Shown here: positions 9,020-17,853 of the stretch, one piece after another
Layout of the letters: each line of letters starts with the position of its first letter
Numbering within the stretch: the stretch's first letter is position 1
Assembly (NCBI GenBank): GCA_963777505.1
Contig: CAVZQN010000004.1
Coordinates: forward strand, 640,001 to 704,000
Reading direction: 5' to 3'
Origin: an uncultured bacterium
Lineage (GTDB): Bacteria; Acidobacteriota; HRBIN11; JAKEFK01
DNA: 64,000 bases
Notes under the pieces: model-generated
Seen by the model: the letters and a program-made list of their open reading frames with translations, nothing else
Told to the model about the DNA's origin: nothing
Databases searched by the model: none
Program-made: the position numbers and the translations under genes

Positions 9020-10541
9020 ATTCTCCGTTAACCATCGTTGCTATAACTTGAACGCCTTGAAATGCTGTAGCCATAGGGTCTTCTGAAAAGAAAGTAAGAT
9101 CTGCAAGCTTATCCGGTTCAAGTGTGCCGCGTAGTGAAAGCTCACCTGAAGCATCCGCCGGAGCAGAAGTATACGCTATTAAGGCTTCATGTGGTGAAAT
9201 GATTTCGGTACGATCCTTCCAATTTGTCCGGTGAACTGCTGCATGCAATCCACTCAACGGATCCGGATCTTCTACCGGTGCATCGGAACCAAAGATAAGC
9301 CTCGCGCCTGAATCCAGAAGTGAACGCCATGCATAGGAATAGCGCGAACGCTCTCCCCAAAATCGATCAGCAATATCACAATCTGAAATTGCATGAAACG
9401 GCTGCATCGATGCAATTACTCCTGTTTTTTGAAATCGTGATATGTCATCAGGATGCAATAATTGCGCATGCTCAATTCTGGATCGAGCCATCGGAATATT
9501 CAGGAAGTGCTGATTATTTTCCAATGCATTCAATACGGTCCGATTGGCTTTATCTCCAATTGCGTGAATTCCAACCGCAATCCCATTTTGAAGCGCCAAT
9601 GCGACTTTCTCATTGAGCTCTTTTTCTTCAATCGTTTCGATTCCGATGCCGCCGGCTTCGTCATAAGGTTCAAGCATTGAGGCCGTTCGAGAACCGAGTG
9701 ATCCATCAGTAAATATTTTCACGAATCCAAAGCGGAACCATTCATCGCCAAGACCTGATTTCAAGCCAATTTTAATTGCATCCTCCAGCTGACGTAGCGG
9801 AATCGCATGAAACACCCGGAGTTTTAATTTTGATTCAGACTTTAGATCCTGCAAATCTGCAAAGGCACGATTTGCATCTACACTGTGGAATCCTGTAATT
9901 CCCATTTCATGGAATTTGGACTGTGCGCGTAGGAGATTTTCTTTCCGCTGCTTTTCATCAGGACTCTGGATGAAATCTCTCACAAGCAATACCGCGTTTT
10001 CACCAAGCAATCCATTCAATGAACCATCTGAATCAACTCCAACAAAGCCGCCATCGATCTGGACTTTCTTAGTCAAACCTGCAATTTGCAGAGCTTGAGA
10101 ATTCAACCAACGGAAGTGTTCATCGTGACTGTTCAGAATTACAGGATTATTTGGAAAGATTTCGTCCAGGATTTTTTTGTGTGGAAAACCTCCAAACTGG
10201 CGCTCATGCCATCCCCTTCCAAGGATCCATTCTCCTGTTTTTACGCGTGTTGAATATTCTTTTAGGACCGCAACTACTTCTTGCTCGGTTTTGCATTTCT
10301 CCAATTTCACACGGCTAAAGCTGAAGGCATAATCAAGAAAATGAACGTGAGAATCAACTAATCCTGGAGTGACTGCTGAGCCATGAAGGTCGATCACATC
10401 TGTGTGCCGCCCAATCCACTTTTTAGGGTTTCCGGTCCCCGTTGCCAGGATCTTTGATCCTTTTAATGCGAGGTAATCCTTGCGGCTGGGGCTTACGCCA
10501 TCATAAACACGCCCATTCACAAAAACTTTTTCTGCTTTCAT
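8997..10541 (-). CDS. Amidohydrolase 3 (YtcJ-like)
   Basis: PGLVDSHVH, IHAIGD, RIEHAQ, FGSDAP. Confidence 0.9.
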   Translation of the reverse strand: MKAEKVFVNGRVYDGVSPSRKDYLALKGSKILATGTGNPKKWIGRHTDVIDLHGSAVTPGLVDSHVHFLDYAFSFSRVKLEKCKTEQEVVAVLKEYSTRVKTGEWILGRGWHERQFGGFPHKKILDEIFPNNPVILNSHDEHFRWLNSQALQIAGLTKKVQIDGGFVGVDSDGSLNGLLGENAVLLVRDFIQSPDEKQRKENLLRAQSKFHEMGITGFHSVDANRAFADLQDLKSESKLKLRVFHAIPLRQLEDAIKIGLKSGLGDEWFRFGFVKIFTDGSLGSRTASMLEPYDEAGGIGIETIEEKELNEKVALALQNGIAVGIHAIGDKANRTVLNALENNQHFLNIPMARSRIEHAQLLHPDDISRFQKTGVIASMQPFHAISDCDIADRFWGERSRYSYAWRSLLDSGARLIFGSDAPVEDPDPLSGLHAAVHRTNWKDRTEIISPHEALIAYTSAPADASGELSLRGTLEPDKLADLTFFSEDPMATAFQGVQVIATMVNGEFVFGDFK

Positions 10542-10547
10542 ATGAAT

Positions 10548-11072
10548 TTAAAGAAATATCAACCCAATTAATCCTGATATAGCCATTCCGATAGCAGGAT
10601 GAAGCTTCGTGAAAGCAAATACAAAAAAGGTAATAACTCCAATTAAAGTTGTCGGGACAGAGTTAATTGATGTTTTGCCGACTTCGTACGCAGTAACAAG
10701 CAGCAATGCCATTACTGCTGGACGCAGACCGTTGAGCGCTGATTGAACGCGTGCAGATTCTTTGAAAGATCTATAAAACATAAATAGAAGCAGCATCAAA
10801 ATAGACGAAGGAAGAAGCAAACCTGCTAACGCTGAGGCCGCGCCGCTAATCCCTTCAAGTTTATAACCGACTGCCAGAGCCATTTTCGTAGTGATCGGTC
10901 CCGGGAGTCCATTACCAAGCGCAAGAATATCAGTGAATTCCGTCAGATTCATCCATTTTCTTCCATCGACAACTTCAGCTTGCATCAATGGGATCATGGA
11001 AGGTCCACCACCATAAGCAAAAATACCAACCTTCAAAAAAGTCCAAAAAATTCCCCATAGTCGAATCCACAT
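10548..11072 (-). CDS. chrA: Short-chain chromate transporter (CHR family)
   Basis: FLKVGIFAYGGG and LPGP motifs, 174 aa, hydrophobic. Confidence 0.85.
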   Translation of the reverse strand: MWIRLWGIFWTFLKVGIFAYGGGPSMIPLMQAEVVDGRKWMNLTEFTDILALGNGLPGPITTKMALAVGYKLEGISGAASALAGLLLPSSILMLLLFMFYRSFKESARVQSALNGLRPAVMALLLVTAYEVGKTSINSVPTTLIGVITFFVFAFTKLHPAIGMAISGLIGLIFL

Positions 11073-11093
11073 TGTTCACCTCCATAGATTTTC

Positions 11094-11152
11094 TTAACGC
11101 CGAGTTCGCCGAGAAATTTATTATTTTCTTAACTCGGCGACCTCTGCGTTAA
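11094..11152. repeat. REP-like inverted repeat, AACGCMGAG family
   Basis: TTAACGCCGAGTTCGCCGAG, AT-rich spacer, CTCGGCGACCTCTGCGTTAA; sister copy at 46011-46073. Confidence 0.75.
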
Positions 11153-11162
11153 AAAAGATCTT

Positions 11163-12221
11163 TTAAATTTTCTGATCTGAATCCTTTTGGCAAAGCCAGA
11201 GTAGGTGAGGAGAGATCTCTTCAAGGGCAAGAATGTAATCAACTACACCAGCTTTGATTGATTCCTGGGGCATGCCAAAAATGATTGCTGACTTTTCACT
11301 TTCGGCAATTGTAATTCCACCTTTATCTTTGATGTGTTTCAGTCCTTCTTTTCCATCATCACCCATTCCTGTCAAAACAGCTCCAATGATTCCGGATTCC
11401 AGTTCGTTTGCAAGAGATTTGAACAGGAGGTTTGCTGAGGGACTATATCGTCGATCGGCATCTTTACTTATGATGCGAGCAATGAGCTTATTCCTTCTTT
11501 TTTCAACGCTGAGATGTTTTCCGCCAGGTGCCACATATGCCCATCCTGGTTGAATTAAATCTTGATCTTCAGCCTCTTTCACTTGCAACGGTGTGTACTT
11601 ATTCAAGCGTTCTGCAAAAAGAGCAGTGAATGTGGCAGGCATATGTTGAGCAATCAGAATAGGGACCGGAAAATCTGCAGGAAGTTTATTCAAAATGGAA
11701 TGAATTGCCGGAGGACCGCCGGTAGAGGATGCTATGCCGATCGCTTTCGGCAATTCTTCAGTGGTCATTTTCCTGGGAGTCTTTATGTCTGGAACGAGTT
11801 GCTTCTGAATTCGCTCTTTTACTTTTTGCATTGCGAGCAATGGGATCGCAAGAACTTTCTCCACAAGGTCATTCTTTATTTCTTCCAATTGCGCGGAAGC
11901 ATAACGTGTTGGCTTGAGTACAAAATCCACAGCACCAAGGTCCATTGCTTTAAAAACATTTTCATCGGCTTCTTGTGCGGAGACAACAATGATCGGAGTC
12001 GGCATTGAGTTCATCACCCAACGAAGAAACGTGAAGCCGTCCATCACAGGCATCTCCAAATCAAGAGTGATCAGATCCGGCCTGGAACGCATGACTTTTT
12101 TCAGTGCATCCTGCCCATCCATTGCAGTTTCGACCACTTCGACGCCAGGAATGTTACTTAGAATTTTTGAAATGATCCGGCGGCTGAAGGCAGAATCGTC
12201 AACAACAAGTACTTTAATCAT
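11163..12221 (-). CDS. cheB: Chemotaxis methylesterase CheB (REC + methylesterase)
   Basis: REC VLVVDDS...TLDLEMP; ASSTGGP, QHMP, LTGMGDDG. Confidence 0.96.
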   Translation of the reverse strand: MIKVLVVDDSAFSRRIISKILSNIPGVEVVETAMDGQDALKKVMRSRPDLITLDLEMPVMDGFTFLRWVMNSMPTPIIVVSAQEADENVFKAMDLGAVDFVLKPTRYASAQLEEIKNDLVEKVLAIPLLAMQKVKERIQKQLVPDIKTPRKMTTEELPKAIGIASSTGGPPAIHSILNKLPADFPVPILIAQHMPATFTALFAERLNKYTPLQVKEAEDQDLIQPGWAYVAPGGKHLSVEKRRNKLIARIISKDADRRYSPSANLLFKSLANELESGIIGAVLTGMGDDGKEGLKHIKDKGGITIAESEKSAIIFGMPQESIKAGVVDYILALEEISPHLLWLCQKDSDQKI

Positions 12222-13057
12222 TTCTGATAGACCATATCGTGTTTTAGATGATTGAGTTTGAATTTCGTAGATAGACTTAGTAATGACTCGGCATGGCCAA
12301 GCAACAGATATCCATTTTTTCTCAGCTTACGGTAAAAGTTTTCAATGACTTTCTTTTTTGCTTCTACATCGAAATAGATGATAACGTTTCGGCAGAAAAT
12401 TACATCCATGTCGCTAAAAAGTCCTGTCTTATGTTCATCCAACAAATTCACTTTGCCAAAAGTGACCATTTGCCTGATTTCATCATGAATGCGGTATTTG
12501 TTTTCTGAGGTTTTTTCAAAATACTTTTCGCGCATAGCATCCGGAGTGCTTCTGAATGACGATTCGGAAAAAATTCCCCTACGAGCATTTTGAATTACCT
12601 TCTGGGAGATATCACTTGCAAAAATATCAACATCCCATCCTTTTAAATGCGGAGAATTATTACAAATGATCGCAATCGTATAAGCCTCCTCTCCTGTTGA
12701 ACAGCCTGCACTCCAAATACGGAGATTGTGATTGGCTTTTTCCTGAGTTATACAGGGAATGATTTCTTCTGAAAAAGCTTTCAATTGACGGTCTTCACGG
12801 AAAAAATAAGTCTCGTTTACCGTAAGAAGATCAAAAATAATTTCCAACTCTGATTCACGATTGGGATGATAAAGAAGGTAGTAATAATATTTTTCGAATG
12901 TATCCAATCTCAGTTCACGAACCCGCGGAATCAAACGACGGTTCAGCATAAACTTTGATGAATCATCAAAGCGCAAGCCGCTATTCTGATAAATAAAATC
13001 GATTAAATGACGAAACGTTTGATCAGACAGGTCTATTTCTTGTTTTGGAAAAGACAT
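12218..13057 (-). CDS. cheR: Chemotaxis methyltransferase CheR
   Basis: NETYFFRE, WSAGCSTGEE, IFCRNVIIYF, LGHAE. Confidence 0.96.
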   Translation of the reverse strand: MSFPKQEIDLSDQTFRHLIDFIYQNSGLRFDDSSKFMLNRRLIPRVRELRLDTFEKYYYYLLYHPNRESELEIIFDLLTVNETYFFREDRQLKAFSEEIIPCITQEKANHNLRIWSAGCSTGEEAYTIAIICNNSPHLKGWDVDIFASDISQKVIQNARRGIFSESSFRSTPDAMREKYFEKTSENKYRIHDEIRQMVTFGKVNLLDEHKTGLFSDMDVIFCRNVIIYFDVEAKKKVIENFYRKLRKNGYLLLGHAESLLSLSTKFKLNHLKHDMVYQK

Positions 13058-13063
13058 GAATGA

Positions 13064-15277
13064 TTAGCCCGTAATCTCTTTAAGAATTCTTCGGACGGCT
13101 GGAGCCTGATTGCGGGAGGTTTCCTGAAGTTGTTTCAAAAATCTTTGACGCGACGATGTCAGGAATTCATAAGCAGGATCGGCGAGGTCTTTATCCAGTA
13201 GAAGGCCACAAATTCCGGGCGGTAAATAATCCAGACCTAACTTTTGCAGCGAATGAAGAATTTCTTTTCTTACGAATGGATCGCTGTCCGTTTTCAATCT
13301 TTCAAGAAGTGCTTCCTGAAGACGGAATGGTTTAATTTGAGTCAAGGCTCTGATTGCGGCGGCGCGTACTGACCATTCTGGATCATTCTGCATAAGCGTA
13401 AACAACCGAAAGACAATTTCGCTTTCATTGAAAATTCCTAATGATTCACATGCAGTCAGGCGGATCTCTGAATCCTCAGAATTAAGCGTCTTTAGCAAAA
13501 ATTCGCGCGATTTTGTTGTTCTAAAATGACCAAGACTCTTCAGCAAAGCAGTTTGGCCGATCGGACTTTCTTTTTCGAATTGTTTTTGAAAGAGAGCTTC
13601 AGCTTTTTCAACATTCAATGCAGCAAGGCTTTCGAAAACTGCAATTCGTACCCATAAAACATCATCGCTGACACTGGCAAGTAAAGCGTCAGTTACTTCT
13701 GGAGATGTATAAGAAGACAAAGCTCTTGCTGCTGTTTCACGAACGCCACTATCTTCATCGGTTAGCGCGCCAATGAGGAATTTTTGGAATTCATGATAGT
13801 AGCCACTGCTCATCAAGAAAACGGCTTTTTTACGGACGAGTGCATTTTCATCTTTGAGCGCTTGAAACAAAAAAGGCAAAGACGGTTCACCATCCACGCG
13901 TATTAAGAACTCAAGAGCATTGGCTCGTTCCAGCGCATTTTGTGAATGCAATTTTTCTCGCATTGCCCATCGGATCTCATCGCGTGATGCTGGAATTCGT
14001 TCGCAGATTTCCAGTAATCGGCTGTGGCCAATTTCTTGAATGGATGGATGCTCATCCATCGCTGCTATCTTCCACAATGGAATAATCTTTTGGGATCTTG
14101 AACGCGATAAAAGTCTGAATGCTTGATAGCGAATTTCCGAACTGGAATGCTCAAGATATCGAACGAGTTGATCAATATTAGGATGAATGGACAACTCATT
14201 CAAAATTCCCAAATAGAGCAAAATTTCGTCTTCTTCCAGCTCATGTTTCAATCGTTCGAGGAGGGGCTTTGCTGACTCACGATCACAAAGTACAAGTGAT
14301 TGTGCCGCTACTTCTGCCAGATCGGGTTGGTTTAATGCTTCAAGAAAGATTGGAACAGCCGAACATTCGCCTGCAAGCCCCGCGATTCTGAGTAAGTTCT
14401 TTTTCGTAGTTCCTTCGTGTAAACGAATTGCTTCAATTAAGCTTTGCAATTGAGATCCGCCAAGTTTTGATTTCAATTCCTCACGAATTGCTTTTTGCTC
14501 TCTTTGTTTGATCGCTGAAGGAGCCGGTGAATCGTATAGGTCAATCAGTGCTTGTATCGCAACCGTATCCACTCCATTTTCGGTCACAAGTGAGGTAACA
14601 ATCGCGTTATATGCCTGTGGATGATGAAAACGTGCAAGCGCTTTGAGAGCCGAATTATGGAAGTAAAGATCTGAGGACAGCTCGATCAGTTCGGGAATGA
14701 GTCCGGGATCCTGCATTTCCCCGGCAGCTTCAATTGCTTGAAACTTAAGCCAGACATCATTTCCGCGTAAGAATGGCTGCAATCGAACGGAAGTCTCAGG
14801 GTTCCCGAGTTTTCCAAGCGCAACGATTGCGGCTGAAACAATGTTGCCTTCCGTGTCTCCCAATGATTGGAGAATAAAATCGAGAAGAGAATCATTTCGG
14901 ATCTCTCCAAGGATGTTGATCAAAAACATCCTCACATCTGAACTGCGTGATTTAAGATGGGGTTCAAGATAAGGAACGATATCATCTTGAAAACGCATCA
15001 GTATATCGATTGCAGCATTTCTTCTGCCTGCGTTTTCGTCATCGTATAGCGCAAGTAAAATTTCGGGGATTGTATGTTGGATGCGCGCATCGACAAACGA
15101 TTCGACTGCGGCCTTGCGTACTCTCCAATCAATATCGCCTAGCATGACAAGCAAAAGGGAAGATGCAGCAGGATTTTCGAGAAATATTTTTAATTCCCGC
15201 GCAGATTCGGCACGTTCATCCGGATTTTCGGAGCTTGCAAGATGCATATATCGTTGAAGTAGATTTGTTTCTGTCAT
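13064..15277 (-). CDS. HEAT/PBS-lyase repeat protein
   Basis: Repeated DxxxxVRxxAxxAL units (DWRVRKAAV, DSGVRETAARAL, EWSVRAAAIRAL). Confidence 0.9.
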   Translation of the reverse strand: MTETNLLQRYMHLASSENPDERAESARELKIFLENPAASSLLLVMLGDIDWRVRKAAVESFVDARIQHTIPEILLALYDDENAGRRNAAIDILMRFQDDIVPYLEPHLKSRSSDVRMFLINILGEIRNDSLLDFILQSLGDTEGNIVSAAIVALGKLGNPETSVRLQPFLRGNDVWLKFQAIEAAGEMQDPGLIPELIELSSDLYFHNSALKALARFHHPQAYNAIVTSLVTENGVDTVAIQALIDLYDSPAPSAIKQREQKAIREELKSKLGGSQLQSLIEAIRLHEGTTKKNLLRIAGLAGECSAVPIFLEALNQPDLAEVAAQSLVLCDRESAKPLLERLKHELEEDEILLYLGILNELSIHPNIDQLVRYLEHSSSEIRYQAFRLLSRSRSQKIIPLWKIAAMDEHPSIQEIGHSRLLEICERIPASRDEIRWAMREKLHSQNALERANALEFLIRVDGEPSLPFLFQALKDENALVRKKAVFLMSSGYYHEFQKFLIGALTDEDSGVRETAARALSSYTSPEVTDALLASVSDDVLWVRIAVFESLAALNVEKAEALFQKQFEKESPIGQTALLKSLGHFRTTKSREFLLKTLNSEDSEIRLTACESLGIFNESEIVFRLFTLMQNDPEWSVRAAAIRALTQIKPFRLQEALLERLKTDSDPFVRKEILHSLQKLGLDYLPPGICGLLLDKDLADPAYEFLTSSRQRFLKQLQETSRNQAPAVRRILKEITG

Positions 15278-16191
15278 GTTTGTTTTGCTTCAGAAAGTTC
15301 CCGTTTTCGTTTTCGCAAGAATTCATCAATCGTATGATGATAAATCTCAGGAATTTCGGGGCGGTTTGATGGGACTTTGCTGCAGAAATACAGCTCTCCT
15401 TCCTGGATTTCATTCGCGAGCTCTGTCCTGAACCTATCTTCAAGAATCCATTGGTCGATATACTGCATATTGTAAATAACAATATCGGATAAGATGATTC
15501 GCGCGAGCCGGCGAGCATGATCAAGTAAGTCGACGGGCTCCGTGGTTTCTGAGTCGGTTTCTTGAACCATTGGAAGGCCCAGTAGCTTTCGCATGCGCTC
15601 ACGCAAATCCTGCTTAACAATAATTTCTTCAATGTAGTCATCCGCTCCATACAGGTTCGTCGGATCTCTTCGGAAACGGTCGATTCTAAAAATGGCGCCG
15701 ATTAATACAACTCTGATTTTTTTCAATTCGCTGTTTTCTTTGATGCGTTCACAAAGCTCAAATCCCATAAGATTCGGAAGTACAACATTCAAGAATGCAA
15801 CATGAGGAGATTCGCTCGTGCGCAAATATTCTTCTGCATCGGCTCCATCATCCAAAACAACGACTCGACATCCCATTTCTTCCAGGCTGCTGCGTAGAAA
15901 CGCTCGAAATGGCCGCGGTTCATCCGCAATCAAAATTAAGGGGGCTTCTTTTCTTCCGTTTATAGTTACTGTGAGGATATCCCAAATAATTCGGACGCTT
16001 GTATCGCTTAAGATGTCATCCGCACCCAGAAGAACATTGATGCTTTGTTCAGGTTCAGCCGAATCCGTTTTTTTAACATTCAACAGAACAGATTTGCTGC
16101 AGGAAGGGCATTCGACCTTAACCAACTTTTTTGAGACTTTGCTGACATTTACTTTGTATTTCGTAAGACAGTTTGGACACTTTACTAACAA
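15274..16191 (-). CDS. Zn-ribbon (MJ0042-type) + atypical receiver-domain protein
   Basis: CPNC..CPSC; REC-like ILIADE...FLNVVLP; C-terminal ARRLARIILSDIVIYN. Confidence 0.8.
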   Translation of the reverse strand: MLVKCPNCLTKYKVNVSKVSKKLVKVECPSCSKSVLLNVKKTDSAEPEQSINVLLGADDILSDTSVRIIWDILTVTINGRKEAPLILIADEPRPFRAFLRSSLEEMGCRVVVLDDGADAEEYLRTSESPHVAFLNVVLPNLMGFELCERIKENSELKKIRVVLIGAIFRIDRFRRDPTNLYGADDYIEEIIVKQDLRERMRKLLGLPMVQETDSETTEPVDLLDHARRLARIILSDIVIYNMQYIDQWILEDRFRTELANEIQEGELYFCSKVPSNRPEIPEIYHHTIDEFLRKRKRELSEAKQT

Positions 16192-16220
16192 TATGAGTCC
16201 CTCTCAAACATTCTGAAACG

Positions 16221-16272
16221 ATTTGTAACGCTGGCGCAGCTCAAGAGCCGGCGAGACGCCGGCGTTACAAAT
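16221..16272. repeat. GTAA/GTAG-type REP-like palindrome
   Basis: ATTTGTAACGCTGGCG...GCCGGCGAGACGCCGGCGTTACAAAT nested inverted repeats. Confidence 0.6.
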
Positions 16273-16278
16273 CCCAAA

Positions 16279-17016
16279 TCAACCCTCTACTATTTGTAAG
16301 AATTTGTGCAGAGAGAGCAGAATGACGAACTGGTTTTTGTATTCACAAACCCCTTCGATAAATTCTGCATCCACTCCTGCAACAACCGGTGGCGTTGGTT
16401 CGATATCTTTTTTCGGTAATTTTAGAACTTGAGAAGCGGAATCCACCAAAATGCCTTGCATCTCATTCTCTTCTAGCAAAACAATGATTCGGGATTGATG
16501 GTCAGGAAGTCTTAGATCATGACCCAGACGCTTTCTCCCGTTGATAACAGGAACCATTCGTCCACGCAAAGAAATAATTCCATCCAAATATGCCACAGCA
16601 TTCGGAATCTCAGTCGGTTCTATGAAACGTATAATTTCGGAAATTTGCTGAATATCAATACCGTAGCTTTCACCGCCAAGCTGAAAAACAAGCACTTCAA
16701 ATTTTTCTTCAGGTATATCAGCTTCTGATTTTGCATCTTCCTCATCCGGATGTGTCATTAATAATTTCTGCAGGAAATCAACCTGATCTTCCGGGGAAGA
16801 TTCCGCAGGAATCACTTCCTGTTGAACAGGATCTTTTTGTGAAGTATCTGGATCCTGAATCGGAATGTATGCGGTAATCGGATCGTTTGTTGTGGTTTCG
16901 GAACGAAGGACAGGCTTAGCTTGTGAAGGTTCTGCTTCGGCCTCCGTTTGCTGGAGACGCTTGGCATCTTCCCGGTTTTTCTTAGCGCGCTTGCGCGCTT
17001 CGACCATGTCGACCAT
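16279..17016 (-). CDS. cheW: CheW adaptor with long N-terminal extension
   Basis: LVFQLGGESYGIDI, GIISLRGRMVPVI, GILVD. Confidence 0.92.
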   Translation of the reverse strand: MVDMVEARKRAKKNREDAKRLQQTEAEAEPSQAKPVLRSETTTNDPITAYIPIQDPDTSQKDPVQQEVIPAESSPEDQVDFLQKLLMTHPDEEDAKSEADIPEEKFEVLVFQLGGESYGIDIQQISEIIRFIEPTEIPNAVAYLDGIISLRGRMVPVINGRKRLGHDLRLPDHQSRIIVLLEENEMQGILVDSASQVLKLPKKDIEPTPPVVAGVDAEFIEGVCEYKNQFVILLSLHKFLQIVEG

Positions 17017-17851
17017 GGCGTTCTCCTAATTTTGTCATGGAAACGGTCTGGAGGCCAATTTCGCTTGCCTGCTGGTCGACCATAGCCGGGTCGATTTCAT
17101 GAACTTCTTTTGCGAATGCATCAATCAAGCATGTTGTCGCAAGTGAATTAATAATGCGGGGAATTCCCCCCGAATATGCATGAAGCTTCGTTATCGTCAT
17201 TGGTGGAAAAGGAAAGTTCGATTCCGTTCCCCCTGCTGTGGTCCATCGGAATTGCAAATAATCATATACGTCCCGTTCTTCAAGCGGCCTTAAATGAAAA
17301 CGGATTGTAATCCGTTGATTGAGAGCCGCATGAGCTGGATGAAGCAGTCTGCGAGCGAGCTCAGGCTGACCGATTAAGATCACTGAAAGTAAATTTGTGT
17401 GGTCAAGCTGAAAATTTGTAAGAAGCCTGATTTCATCGAACAGGGCCTTTCCAGGAATGAGCTGGGCTTCATCAATTATGATTACTGGTATAGTACTACT
17501 CTCATAGTATTCAAATAGCTTGTCGTGGATCTGTTCCACCACTTCGCTTTTTACGTGTTTGGGTTTGAGATTCAGTTTGTGCGCGAGCGTTCGTAAAAAT
17601 TGGGCGGGTGCAAATCGAGGATTCAGAAAGAGCAAAGGTTTGTATTGTTTATCCAGTGAATCGATGAGCGCGCGCGATACTGTTGTTTTGCCGGTTCCAA
17701 TTTCTCCTGTAATAAGCGCAATTCCTTTTTCTTCTACAGAATACTCAAGTCGAGCGAGGGCTTCTTGATGCTGCCTGCAAGGATACAGGAACCGGGGATC
17801 TGGCGTATTTCCGAATGCCTTTTCATTCAACTCAAAATATTCAGCGTACAT
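16982..17851 (-). CDS. ExeA/GspA-like AAA ATPase
   Basis: MYAEYFEL..FGNTPDP, Walker A GEIGTGKT, Walker B IIDEAQ, LIGQPEL, SGGIPRIIN. Confidence 0.9.
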   Translation of the reverse strand: MYAEYFELNEKAFGNTPDPRFLYPCRQHQEALARLEYSVEEKGIALITGEIGTGKTTVSRALIDSLDKQYKPLLFLNPRFAPAQFLRTLAHKLNLKPKHVKSEVVEQIHDKLFEYYESSTIPVIIIDEAQLIPGKALFDEIRLLTNFQLDHTNLLSVILIGQPELARRLLHPAHAALNQRITIRFHLRPLEERDVYDYLQFRWTTAGGTESNFPFPPMTITKLHAYSGGIPRIINSLATTCLIDAFAKEVHEIDPAMVDQQASEIGLQTVSMTKLGERHGRHGRSAQAR

Positions 17852-17853
17852 CT

